Positions 1-9,587 of a stretch of 64,000 bases of DNA are shown piece by piece; within the stretch, counting starts at the first letter, position 1; each line of letters starts with the position of its first letter. A program made the position numbers and the translations under genes. The stretch lies in the NCBI GenBank assembly GCA_944390285.1, contig CALXPN010000001.1, positions 133,165-197,164 on the forward strand, written 5' to 3'. The DNA comes from an uncultured Clostridia bacterium (GTDB taxonomy: Bacteria > Bacillota > Clostridia > TANB77 > CAG-508). The notes beneath the pieces were generated by a model, which did not search any database, was not told the origin of the DNA, and was given only the letters and a program-made list of their open reading frames with translations.

Positions 1-200
1 TTTTCATAATCTGTAAGTTTATCTTTTTTTGCCTTTTCTAAATCTTTTTCATATTTTAAATATTTTCTGTGATCTATCCCTTTCCAGAATTCTGCTGTTT
101 TTTTATCTGTTAACTTAAAATAATTTTCCACTTTTTTCTGATATTTTTTTTCTGTTTGTTTTTTGTCATATTTAATTCTTCTTTTTCCTCCTGGTGGCAT
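1..200 (-). CDS. hypothetical protein, partial (runs off window start)
   Basis: ATG at 198-200 (minus) opens a frame that stays open to position 1 (MPPGGKRRIKYDKKQTEKKYQK..., lysine-rich). Weak RBS and no recognisable family. Confidence 0.2.
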   Translation of the reverse strand, partial: MPPGGKRRIKYDKKQTEKKYQKKVENYFKLTDKKTAEFWKGIDHRKYLKYEKDLEKAKKDKLTDYE

Positions 201-255
201 TATTCTATCTATAAAACTTGCTCCATTAAACGGATTTATTACCCACCATATGAAT

Positions 256-1248
256 TTAATTATTTTTTTTACTTTTTTCATATTTACCTCTTTTTAATTT
301 AAATAATAACTTTGCAACAATTGGCATATTTAATATTAAAAAATTTTGGATAGTGTAAAAAAAATCTTCATACTTATAAAGCTTAAAAAATAATCCCCAT
401 TTTCTAAAATTAATCTTATTTTTATTTTCTAGCATTTTATAGTACTCTAGGGCTTCTATATTTAATCTTTTAAATTTCTCATCAATAAATTTATCTTCAT
501 TTTCTATAAAAGTTTTAAAATGTTCCTTTTTTACATTTATAAACAATTTACGTATTTCATCTACTGTTTTTAATTCGTCTGTTTTCTTCTTAGACCCAAC
601 TGCATTATTTTTATGCTGTCTATATCTTATTAAAGGTTCATTTATATATGTTATCTTATATCTTTGACTAAGAATTAATGCAATCCAATAATCATATAAA
701 ACAAATTTGCTATTTTTTGGAAGTGGCATAAATTCTTTTATTAAATCTTTTTTAGAAAGCATTGTACAACCTGTTACAAAATTATTTAAATATAAACTTT
801 CAAAATTATTGTATTTTGTTATTTTTTTGTAAAATCCTTTTAATTTCCAATACGACTTACATATAACATTAAGTTTCTCATCTACTACTTCTAAATCTGA
901 ATATACTAAATCACTTTTGGTTTCCTTTATTACTTTTAAAGATTTTTCTATCTTTTTTTCTTTCCATATATCATCTTGATCTGAAAACATGTAATATTTA
1001 TTTTCTACTTTTTTTAATAAAAATTCAAAATTTTTTATAACTCCTAAATTTTGTTTTTGAAAATAAATTTTTATTCTATTATCTTTACTTGCATATTTCT
1101 CCAAAATTTTTCGAGTATTATCTGTAGAACAATCATCCGAGATTAATAATCTAAATTCTTTAAAACTTTGAGATAAAATACTGTCTATCTGTTCTGATAA
1201 ATACTTCTCTCCATTATATGTTGCAAGTAATATATCTACTTTTTCCAT
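256..1248 (-). CDS. family 2 glycosyltransferase (rhamnosyltransferase-like)
   Basis: N-terminal GT2 signature LATYNGEKYL..LSQ...FRLLISDDCSTD and a DQDD (DXD) motif. RBS GAAAGGTAG 6 nt before the ATG. Co-directional with the rml genes. Confidence 0.85.
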   Translation of the reverse strand: MEKVDILLATYNGEKYLSEQIDSILSQSFKEFRLLISDDCSTDNTRKILEKYASKDNRIKIYFQKQNLGVIKNFEFLLKKVENKYYMFSDQDDIWKEKKIEKSLKVIKETKSDLVYSDLEVVDEKLNVICKSYWKLKGFYKKITKYNNFESLYLNNFVTGCTMLSKKDLIKEFMPLPKNSKFVLYDYWIALILSQRYKITYINEPLIRYRQHKNNAVGSKKKTDELKTVDEIRKLFINVKKEHFKTFIENEDKFIDEKFKRLNIEALEYYKMLENKNKINFRKWGLFFKLYKYEDFFYTIQNFLILNMPIVAKLLFKLKRGKYEKSKKNN

Positions 1249-1422
1249 TTTATCTACCTTTCATTTTCTTTTAACAAAATACCTTTTTCTGCAAGTTTTT
1301 TTATATTGAATTTCGCTCAAATTATATCATTATCTATTTTAAATATCAATATTTTAATGTGGCTTATTTGTGAATTTTATAAAGCTACTCAGAAATTTCA
1401 AGAGTAGCTTTATATGTTTATA

Positions 1423-2421
1423 CTATTTTTTATTATTTTTCTCATAATTCCAAGAATCTCTGCAAATATCTTCGACTGTTTTTTCTGTTTTCCAACCTAA
1501 TTCAACATATGCTTTTGTAGCGTCTGAATAATATTCTGCTAAATCTCCTGCACGTCTTTCTACTATTTGATAATTAATTTTTATATTATTTACTTTTTCA
1601 AATGTATTTACAAGTTCTAATACACTTACACCTTTTCCAGATCCTAAATTATAAATGTTTAGTCCGTTTGGAGCTTTTTCTAATGCTTTTACATGTCCTT
1701 TAGCTAAATCAACAACATGAATAAAATCTCTTACTCCTGTTCCATCTACTGTTGGATAATCATTTCCAAAAATATTTAACTTTTCTAATTTTCCACTTGC
1801 AACTTTCATTATGTATGGCATCAAATTATTTGGTATTCCATTTGGTTCTTCACCTATTAGTCCACTTTCATGAGCTCCTACAGGATTAAAATATCTAAGT
1901 ATCGTAATATTCCATGAATTATCTGATGCATATAAATCTTCAAGTATTTTTTCAATCATTGCTTTTGTTGTTCCATATGGATTTGTAGTCTTTCCTCTTC
2001 CCATACTTTCAACATATTTAGTATGTCCATTATCTCCATAGACTGTTGCAGAGGATGAGAATATAAATTTTCTTACATTAAATTTTTCCATTACTTCTAG
2101 AATATTTATAGCAGTAATTAAATTATTTGAATAATACATAAGAGGTTTTTTTACAGATTCTCCAACTGCTTTATAGCCAGCAAAGTGAATTACTGCATCA
2201 ATATTATTATCTCTAAAAATTTCTTCTACTTTTTCTTTATCACATAAATCATATTTATATAACTTGAATTTTTTCCCTGTAATTTTCTCAATTTTCTCTA
2301 AAACTTCTTCTTTTGCATTGTATAAATTATCTGCAATTATAACTTCAAAGTTTGATTTAGCAAGTTCAACTACTGTATGTGAACCAATAAAGCCAAGACC
2401 TCCTGTAACTAATACTTTCAT
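1423..2421 (-). CDS. galE: UDP-glucose 4-epimerase
   Basis: Rossmann GGLGFIGSH, catalytic SSSATVYG and NPYGTTK (S/YxxxK), 332 aa. RBS AAGGAAGG upstream. Confidence 0.9.
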   Translation of the reverse strand: MKVLVTGGLGFIGSHTVVELAKSNFEVIIADNLYNAKEEVLEKIEKITGKKFKLYKYDLCDKEKVEEIFRDNNIDAVIHFAGYKAVGESVKKPLMYYSNNLITAINILEVMEKFNVRKFIFSSSATVYGDNGHTKYVESMGRGKTTNPYGTTKAMIEKILEDLYASDNSWNITILRYFNPVGAHESGLIGEEPNGIPNNLMPYIMKVASGKLEKLNIFGNDYPTVDGTGVRDFIHVVDLAKGHVKALEKAPNGLNIYNLGSGKGVSVLELVNTFEKVNNIKINYQIVERRAGDLAEYYSDATKAYVELGWKTEKTVEDICRDSWNYEKNNKK

Positions 2422-2454
2422 AATTATTATACCTTCCTTATTCTTTAATCTTTA

Positions 2455-4725
2455 TTATTTAAAAATTCTCTTAATTTTCTTTCCAGCTTTCCAAAAAAAT
2501 GTATTTTGAAGTTTATTAAATCTTTCAACTAGATATTCATGACTATTTATATAACCTCTTAAATCTTTTATTTCATTATCTTTGTTTTTTAAAATAGTTC
2601 TTAAATCATCTAAATCTACTTCATCTTGCATTTTTTGAATTTTTTCTATAAAAACAACTTTATTTTTTTCTATATTTATATTTTCATATAAATTTAAATA
2701 TTCATTTTGCATTTCCATTTTCGTCTTAAATTTATGATTTTTAAAGTTTTCTAAAATTTCATTGTATTCTTTACTATTTATACATTCTTTTATCTTATTT
2801 ATTATTAATTCTGTATCATCAGTAACAGGAATTAAAAATCCAAGTTTATCTTCTTTTAATCTATCACTTATTGCTCCTATATCAAATGCCAAAACTGGTA
2901 TTTTAGACATATATACTTCTGATAGTGTATATGAATATGTTTCAGGCCAAACTGTAAACATACAAACCAATTTTATATTATGTTCTACAAGAAGTCTAGG
3001 TAATTCTCCTCTTTTATATTGTCCATGAAAAATATAATTTTCTTTATTTTGAGCTAATTTTTCATCAAAAGTTTTTCCGAATAAATGAATCTTTATATTG
3101 GATTTCAATTCTATGTTTTTATCTATTAAACTTTTTAAAATTTCACTACCTTTTTGAACTGCCATTGCTCCAACAAAAGCAATATTTATATCATTATCTG
3201 TTTTAACTCTAGTTCTATCTAAATTTACATCAAATACTTCCACACCATGCTCAATCACGTCTATTTTTAAGTTATTATAAACTTTTTGTATAATTTCCTT
3301 AGTATTACTTGATGGCACAATTATTTTATTTGATCTACTTAAATTCATATTGCAATTTTCTCGCCAAGAATCTATAATATTTTCTGTAATATTGTACTTA
3401 TCTTTTATACATTCTAAACAATTTTTGGTATTAGTACAATATTTTCCTTTATACACCATATTTATATTTGGACATAAAGTATATAAATCATGAATTGTAG
3501 TAATTATATACGAATTATATTTTTCTGCTATATCATATATATCAAATGTCTGAAAAAGTAAATGATGTATGTGTACAATATCAAATTTAAAAGTATTAAA
3601 TAAATTTTCTAAAAATCTTCTATAACTTTGATTTGAATATCTTAAATTACTATAAAAAATTTTTTCAGTTTTTATACTAAATATAAGTTTTTTTATTTTT
3701 TTTGTATATAAATAAACTTCCATTCTTGATATTTCATTATAATTTGGACAAATTATGAAACATGCATAATTGTTATCTATTAATTTTTCAACAATATCTT
3801 TAACATGGAGTGATGACCCTCCTGTCATTTCCATATTTTCATTCCATTCATTTATAAAAAATGCAATTCTTTTTTTAGCATATAACTCAATATTGATTTT
3901 TATTTTTTTATGAATATCTTGCATTTTATTTGATGCCATATATTCATTTAATTTTTGTGAGTAAAAAGGATATTTTTCTTTTATAATTTTTAAATGGCTT
4001 TCTATTAATTCCGCTTTTTCTTTTGTCATATTTTCTTTTTTAAAAGATTGTGTCCCTTTATGATATATAAAAGTATTATCACAAATTACGTTTATATATC
4101 CATGGTTTAAGGCTCTAAAGCAAAAATCATTTTCTTCACCATATCCTTTTTCAAACAATTCTTCATCAAAATAACCTATATTATTTAAAGCTTCTCTTTT
4201 TATATATAAACAAAATCCATTTCCAGTTGGAATTTCTGGATATATTTTTGATGAACATTCTTCTATCATTTTTGCATATTCATCTAAATTCATATTTTCT
4301 GGGATTATATTATCTTCTCCAAAATTAGGAACAGATGCGATTGTTCCATTGTTGGTAAAAGGTGTTACTGTTGCTATATATTTATTTGAATATGCACATT
4401 CTTTCATCTTTTCAAGCCATGATTTTGTTACTTCAGTATCACTATTTAATAAAACTACATCATTTCCTATATTAGTCTTCATTCCAATATTTACGCTTTT
4501 TACAAAACCTAAATTTTTTTCATTATTAATAATAGTTATATTTTTATCTAAATATTGTATTTTAAAATTATTTAACAAATCCATAATTTTTTTATCTGGA
4601 CTACAGTCATTAATTAAAATTAAATTATTTTCATTTAAATTCGTATATTTTATTACAGACTTTATGCATTCTTCTACATATTCATATGCATTATAAATTG
4701 GAATAATTATATCTATAGATTTCAT
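2455..4725 (-). CDS. bifunctional glycosyltransferase (N-terminal GT2 + C-terminal GT4) with C-terminal coiled coil and basic amphipathic tail
   Basis: GT2: IIIPIYNAYEYV...LINDCSPD...LLNSDTEV. GT4: VWPETYSYTLSE (EX7E-like) and FHGQ...G. Last ~110 aa is heptad-like and charged, ending WKAGKKIKRIFK. RBS GGGAGA before the ATG. Confidence 0.85.
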   Translation of the reverse strand: MKSIDIIIPIYNAYEYVEECIKSVIKYTNLNENNLILINDCSPDKKIMDLLNNFKIQYLDKNITIINNEKNLGFVKSVNIGMKTNIGNDVVLLNSDTEVTKSWLEKMKECAYSNKYIATVTPFTNNGTIASVPNFGEDNIIPENMNLDEYAKMIEECSSKIYPEIPTGNGFCLYIKREALNNIGYFDEELFEKGYGEENDFCFRALNHGYINVICDNTFIYHKGTQSFKKENMTKEKAELIESHLKIIKEKYPFYSQKLNEYMASNKMQDIHKKIKINIELYAKKRIAFFINEWNENMEMTGGSSLHVKDIVEKLIDNNYACFIICPNYNEISRMEVYLYTKKIKKLIFSIKTEKIFYSNLRYSNQSYRRFLENLFNTFKFDIVHIHHLLFQTFDIYDIAEKYNSYIITTIHDLYTLCPNINMVYKGKYCTNTKNCLECIKDKYNITENIIDSWRENCNMNLSRSNKIIVPSSNTKEIIQKVYNNLKIDVIEHGVEVFDVNLDRTRVKTDNDINIAFVGAMAVQKGSEILKSLIDKNIELKSNIKIHLFGKTFDEKLAQNKENYIFHGQYKRGELPRLLVEHNIKLVCMFTVWPETYSYTLSEVYMSKIPVLAFDIGAISDRLKEDKLGFLIPVTDDTELIINKIKECINSKEYNEILENFKNHKFKTKMEMQNEYLNLYENINIEKNKVVFIEKIQKMQDEVDLDDLRTILKNKDNEIKDLRGYINSHEYLVERFNKLQNTFFWKAGKKIKRIFK

Positions 4726-4750
4726 AAAATTCTCCCGTAAATTTTACTTT

Positions 4751-6487
4751 TTATTTTATTAGTTTTTTAATTATGCTAAAAAAACCTTTTTTTTCTGCCA
4801 TAACATCATTATTTTCTTTTATTCGTTCTTCTTGTGTTTTTGTTTTTTCTTCTAAAATAGTAATAAGTTTCTCTTTTTCTTTTATAGTATTTTCTAAAAA
4901 AGTAATATATTTTTCTTTTTTATTATTTTCTGCTTTATAAAGCCCAAGTTCATCTTTTATTTTCTCAAGTTCTGAAATACTTTTTTTGTCATAAAACTTT
5001 TGTATATTTTCGTCTATAACATATTTTTGAAAATATCTTTCAATTTTTTCAAATAAATTTATGTAACTTGCAATTCCTATTTTTTCAAATATTTCTTCTG
5101 ATTTTATATTTTGTAAAATCTCAGAATTATAAATTATTAAATTATTTATTGATCTATATAAAATAAATTCAAGTGGTAAATCTTGTAGACACCATTCTTG
5201 GTCATAAAATAAAAATTTATTATCAATATAAAATGTATTTTCAAAAACTAAATCTATATAAAGATTTTTTACAACATTTAATTCATCTCCAGAATAATCA
5301 TCCTCAAATTTACTATTTATACTTTCAGATTTTTCATTTTTTAAATTATTTTTTATGACTTCAAACCATTTATTTATTAATTCTATTGCCAAATCAATAT
5401 TATTATTTTTAAATTTCTCTACTAAAATTTGATCAAAAGTATTTTTATTTATAAATTTAGAATATATTTTATTTTCCTTAAATTCATCTATAATATCAAA
5501 ACCTAATTGTTTCAAACTTTCATTATTATTTTTTATATTTAAAATATGTTTTTCAGCTTTTTTAGTAATAGGTTCTTTTATAACATTTTCATTATAAATT
5601 TTTGTACACAATCTAAATTCTTCTTTTCTAATATTATTAAATCCAATAAATTTTTCTTTAGATTTAGGATTTATTTCTATTAAATAAGAATTTGTAAAAT
5701 ATTTAAAATATCCATCATCTGTAACTTGTTTTAAAACATTAAATTCATTTATGACTGAAAAATCATTTTTGTTTACAATTGAATTATTTATAATTTTAGA
5801 ATTATTAGCACTTGGCATATAATCATCTGAAAAAATAATATTTGTATTATAATAATTTGGAAGTGGATAAAACATTTTATAATTTATAAAATTATTTTCT
5901 TTTAATTTATTTTCAATTTCTTTTAAATTAAATAATCCTATTTTTTCATTATATAAATTTTTGTATTCTCTTTCTTTTCCAAAATTTGAAACTCCATATT
6001 TATTATTTATTAATAATAAAATTGTTCCATTTTCATTTAAAATTTCTTTAATTTTATCTAAGTCTTCCAAATTGTCTTTTACAATTATAAAATCAAATTT
6101 TTCATTAAAATTTATATCATCTAAATTATTTGAAGCAATAATAGTTAAATTTTCTAAATCCTTATATCTTATACTACTGGCCTCAGCTCTAAACTTATTT
6201 TTTTCAACACATACAAGTTTTCTAGCAGTTTTCAGGATTGAAAGAGTAAGTTCTCCATACCCACTAGATAATTCCAAAACATTAGAATCTTGAAAATTAT
6301 ACCAACTAAGAATATTTTCTCTATTACTAATCAAAGCTTGCAAAGTCTCATATTCAACATTATCAGTTAAATATTTATCATATTCATTTGATTTATACTT
6401 TTTTATATAATTTTCTATAATATCATTATCAATATTGTTTTTAATAAAATCACTATTATATTTATCTAAAATTGCTTTCAAATCCAA
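4751..6487 (-). CDS. class I SAM-dependent methyltransferase with long C-terminal region ending in coiled coil and amphipathic helix (candidate chain terminator)
   Basis: Motif I VLELSSGYGELT and motif post-I around res 60-160. C-terminal ~70 aa is K/E-rich and heptad-like, ending KKGFFSIIKKLIK. Start is TTG (6485-87 with RBS abutting, or more likely the TTG at 6479-81 with AGGAGA 6 nt upstream). Confidence 0.75.
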   Translation of the reverse strand: MDLKAILDKYNSDFIKNNIDNDIIENYIKKYKSNEYDKYLTDNVEYETLQALISNRENILSWYNFQDSNVLELSSGYGELTLSILKTARKLVCVEKNKFRAEASSIRYKDLENLTIIASNNLDDINFNEKFDFIIVKDNLEDLDKIKEILNENGTILLLINNKYGVSNFGKEREYKNLYNEKIGLFNLKEIENKLKENNFINYKMFYPLPNYYNTNIIFSDDYMPSANNSKIINNSIVNKNDFSVINEFNVLKQVTDDGYFKYFTNSYLIEINPKSKEKFIGFNNIRKEEFRLCTKIYNENVIKEPITKKAEKHILNIKNNNESLKQLGFDIIDEFKENKIYSKFINKNTFDQILVEKFKNNNIDLAIELINKWFEVIKNNLKNEKSESINSKFEDDYSGDELNVVKNLYIDLVFENTFYIDNKFLFYDQEWCLQDLPLEFILYRSINNLIIYNSEILQNIKSEEIFEKIGIASYINLFEKIERYFQKYVIDENIQKFYDKKSISELEKIKDELGLYKAENNKKEKYITFLENTIKEKEKLITILEEKTKTQEERIKENNDVMAEKKGFFSIIKKLIK

Positions 6488-6498
6488 TCTCCTTTATA

Positions 6499-7317
6499 TT
6501 ACCAAACTTCTTTAGTAATCTCTCCATCTTCTTTAGTTATTATATCAAATTTACTATTTTCATAATTTTGTTTATTACTTGTAAAAATAATTTTAGGTTT
6601 AATATATTGCATTATTTTAAGCTCTGAAGACTCATTCCCATAAAACATGACAGCTTCACAATCAAACATATCTTTATTATTTTCTATAAAATTATTACTA
6701 TTTTCTTCATTAATATCATTTAATAATAAAATATTTTTAAAAGTATTATCTATTTTTAAAATAGTTCTTTTATCTTCTATATTACTACTTTCCCAATTTG
6801 CAATTTCAAGAGGTGTTATATAAAAATTATCAAATTGGTAAACACTTCTCTTTCCCATTTCCACTAAAGAATCTCTATAGTTACTAAGTAAAAGAGAATT
6901 TATATCATCTTTTATTTTTGCAATTTTATTATCTTCTATATTTAAAATATCATAATCTTCATCAGCCAAAGATAAATTATGAAGTATATTATTTATTCTA
7001 ATATTAGAATTATTCTCTTTTATAATTTCTGCAAAAGCACCCATTTTTTCTTCTTCTGGAGAAGTAATAATCCAAGCAGTAACTAAATTATCATGTTTTG
7101 AAATAATTTCCTTTAATCTTTCAGCATTATCGCTATTACCACCATCAATAATAACAATATTATTATCAATAGTAGTTAGAATATATCCAGAACCTTCTCC
7201 CGCTATTTGAGTAATTACTATTTTATTTTTTTCTCTAGCTTTTAATCCTAAAAAAATACACACTAAAATAATAACTAAAACAATAAATATTAAAAAAGCT
7301 TTCTTTTTCTTACTCAT
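6499..7317 (-). CDS. membrane-anchored hypothetical protein (degenerate MBL-like N-domain?)
   Basis: N-terminal TM (AFLIFIVLVIILVCIFLGL) followed by an ITQIAGEGSGYIL..IIDGG block. Likely start is the ATG at 7315-17 (MSKKKK), GGAG 8 nt upstream. The listed TTG start lacks an RBS. Confidence 0.5.
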   Translation of the reverse strand: MSKKKKAFLIFIVLVIILVCIFLGLKAREKNKIVITQIAGEGSGYILTTIDNNIVIIDGGNSDNAERLKEIISKHDNLVTAWIITSPEEEKMGAFAEIIKENNSNIRINNILHNLSLADEDYDILNIEDNKIAKIKDDINSLLLSNYRDSLVEMGKRSVYQFDNFYITPLEIANWESSNIEDKRTILKIDNTFKNILLLNDINEENSNNFIENNKDMFDCEAVMFYGNESSELKIMQYIKPKIIFTSNKQNYENSKFDIITKEDGEITKEVW

Positions 7318-7416
7318 ATAAAACTCCAATTATTAGCAAACCACTAACAACTACTCCTATAAAATTATTTAGATTTTAATAAGGATAATCCATAACCTAT
7401 CAAAATAAAGTAAATA

Positions 7417-8739
7417 TTATTTAGTCAATTTTTTTATACTAATATCTGAATCAATTCTAATAATTCCAACAGTATTTTTAGTAGTAATTGCATCAACTAA
7501 AAGTGCATCATACTTTCTATTTAATACTTCTAAATTACCTTGAACATTAAACTTAGTACAACTAAAAGACAAAGTATATTTTCCAGCAGTAATAGGAATT
7601 TTTTGTTTAAATTCTACAACTACTATATCACCTTTTTTATATTTACCAGTTAAAATCTTTTCAATATCAGTATTAGTTCCAGTATAAGTGGTACCTTGAA
7701 AATCTTTAATAGACATAGTAAATATAGGATCACTAACATCTTCATTAAATTTAATTTTAGATTTTAAAATAATAACTTCATTATTATCAAAAGCATTTAT
7801 AGGTCTTCCTTTAGAATCAAACATACCATAATCAATAACTTCAGCTCTACCATCACCATATTCTGTTAAATTAGGATTTTGAATAAAATTATGCTTCCAA
7901 TCCTCTAAATCTTCATTTTCTTGGCTAACTGTATTTTCTTTTTCATTTTCTTTTTCATCTTCTTTTTTATTTTCTGTTTCTTGTTCTTTTTCATTTGAAT
8001 CATCAAGTCCAACCATTATTTTTTTATATTTTTCAACACCTTCTTTTATATCACCATCATAAATTTTCTTACCTTGTTCAAGAATTATCGCTCTAGTACA
8101 ATTCTTAAGAATATCTCCAACACTATGGCTAACAAAAAGAATGGTTTTTCCATCTTTCTTAAATTGTTCAAACTTTTTAAAACATTTTAATTGAAAAGCC
8201 ATATCACCTACTGATAAAACTTCATCTACTATAAGAATATCTGGATCAACATTTATAGCACAAGCAAAAGCCAAACGAGCAAACATACCAGAAGAATAAG
8301 TTTTTACTGGTTGGTATAAATGTTCTCCAATATCAGCAAAATCTATAATTTCCTGTTTCTTTTCTTCAATTTTTTCATTAGTAAGTCCCATAACTTGTCC
8401 ATGTTGGTAAATATTCTCAATACCAGTTAAATCAGGATTAAATGCAGTACCAAGTTCTAAAAGAGAACTTACTTTTCCATTTATATTTATTTTTCCACTA
8501 CTTGGACTTACAACACCAGTAACAATTTTTAAAAGAGTGGATTTCCCTGCACCATTTTTTCCTAAAACACCTACAACTTCTCCTTTATTTATTTCTAAGT
8601 CTAAGTTATCTAACGCTTTAAATGTTGTATGTCTTTTTATTTTGTTAGGAAATATTGCCTCAATTAATCTATCTTTTTTACTGTTAAACATCTTATATTC
8701 TTTTGTTAAATTACTAATTTTAATAGCTGTTTCACTCAT
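7417..8739 (-). CDS. polysaccharide/teichoic-acid ABC exporter ATP-binding protein (Wzt/TagH family) with C-terminal Wzt-C-like domain
   Basis: Walker A GKNGAGKST, signature YSSGMFARL, Walker B ILIVDE (NBD ~245 aa). Then an acidic E/K/N linker and a ~155-aa beta-rich C-domain (NPNLTEYGDGRAEVIDYGMFDSKGRPIN...). Confidence 0.9.
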   Translation of the reverse strand: MSETAIKISNLTKEYKMFNSKKDRLIEAIFPNKIKRHTTFKALDNLDLEINKGEVVGVLGKNGAGKSTLLKIVTGVVSPSSGKININGKVSSLLELGTAFNPDLTGIENIYQHGQVMGLTNEKIEEKKQEIIDFADIGEHLYQPVKTYSSGMFARLAFACAINVDPDILIVDEVLSVGDMAFQLKCFKKFEQFKKDGKTILFVSHSVGDILKNCTRAIILEQGKKIYDGDIKEGVEKYKKIMVGLDDSNEKEQETENKKEDEKENEKENTVSQENEDLEDWKHNFIQNPNLTEYGDGRAEVIDYGMFDSKGRPINAFDNNEVIILKSKIKFNEDVSDPIFTMSIKDFQGTTYTGTNTDIEKILTGKYKKGDIVVVEFKQKIPITAGKYTLSFSCTKFNVQGNLEVLNRKYDALLVDAITTKNTVGIIRIDSDISIKKLTK

Positions 8740-8773
8740 ATTTTATATAAATCCTTCCAATATTTTTGTATTC

Positions 8774-9562
8774 TTATAATACATCAGCAAAATCTTTTTT
8801 ATTTTTCTTAAATATTGAATTTCCCCATAAAAATAACAATATTGTTATTACCCAGAAGGCAATAGTATATATACCATTACTTTCTGTTATAATAGCAGAA
8901 CTATCTATAAATGCTTGTCTAAATCCTTCTACTAAATATGTAAATGGAAATAGTTTAAAAATTTTATAAAGCCATCCGCTAAGCATTGTTAGATTCCAAA
9001 CTATAGGAGTAAACCACATACAAAGTTGTATTATTATATTTAAAAGTTGCGAAAAATCTGGTACAACAGTTGTAATAGCTGAAGTAAATCTTGTTAATGC
9101 AATTATAAAAATTATTGCACAAAATAATATATAAATTATATTTAGAATATTTGGAAAATATCCAAAAGCAATTGCAGCCATTGTTGCTATAAATATTAAA
9201 AATACACCTACATAACTCGAAGATATTATTGAAATTATAGGAATAATATCTGTTGGAAATACAACTTTTTTTACCAAATAACTATAATTTCTTATTGAAT
9301 TACTTGCTGTTAAAACTGCATCACTAATATACATCCACATACACATTCCTGGTAAAAACCATACTACATATGGATATTTACCAGAACTTCCTGTTTTTAA
9401 AATGTATTGGAATACAATTACATATGTAAGCATAAATATAAATGGTTGTGCAAATCCCCACATTGTACCTAAACTTGTATTTGCAAACTTATTTCTAAAA
9501 TCGTTTTTTCCAAGTTGCATCGCAAGTGTTCTGTTTTTATAAAGTATTTTTAAAAATTCCAT
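8774..9562 (-). CDS. ABC-2 type polysaccharide exporter permease (Wzm/TagG family)
   Basis: 262 aa, 6 predicted TM helices, immediately downstream of the Wzt ATPase. RBS AAGGAGAG. Confidence 0.9.
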   Translation of the reverse strand: MEFLKILYKNRTLAMQLGKNDFRNKFANTSLGTMWGFAQPFIFMLTYVIVFQYILKTGSSGKYPYVVWFLPGMCMWMYISDAVLTASNSIRNYSYLVKKVVFPTDIIPIISIISSSYVGVFLIFIATMAAIAFGYFPNILNIIYILFCAIIFIIALTRFTSAITTVVPDFSQLLNIIIQLCMWFTPIVWNLTMLSGWLYKIFKLFPFTYLVEGFRQAFIDSSAIITESNGIYTIAFWVITILLFLWGNSIFKKNKKDFADVL

Positions 9563-9587
9563 TTTCTCTCCTTATATAATATATAGT

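Noticed and set aside
1249-1422. Hairpin AAAGCTACTC...GAGTAGCTTT between galE and the GT2 gene as an operon-internal terminator
   Set aside because: 9-bp stem without a convincing T-run on the minus (coding) strand; more likely a weak attenuator or coincidence, so left unannotated.
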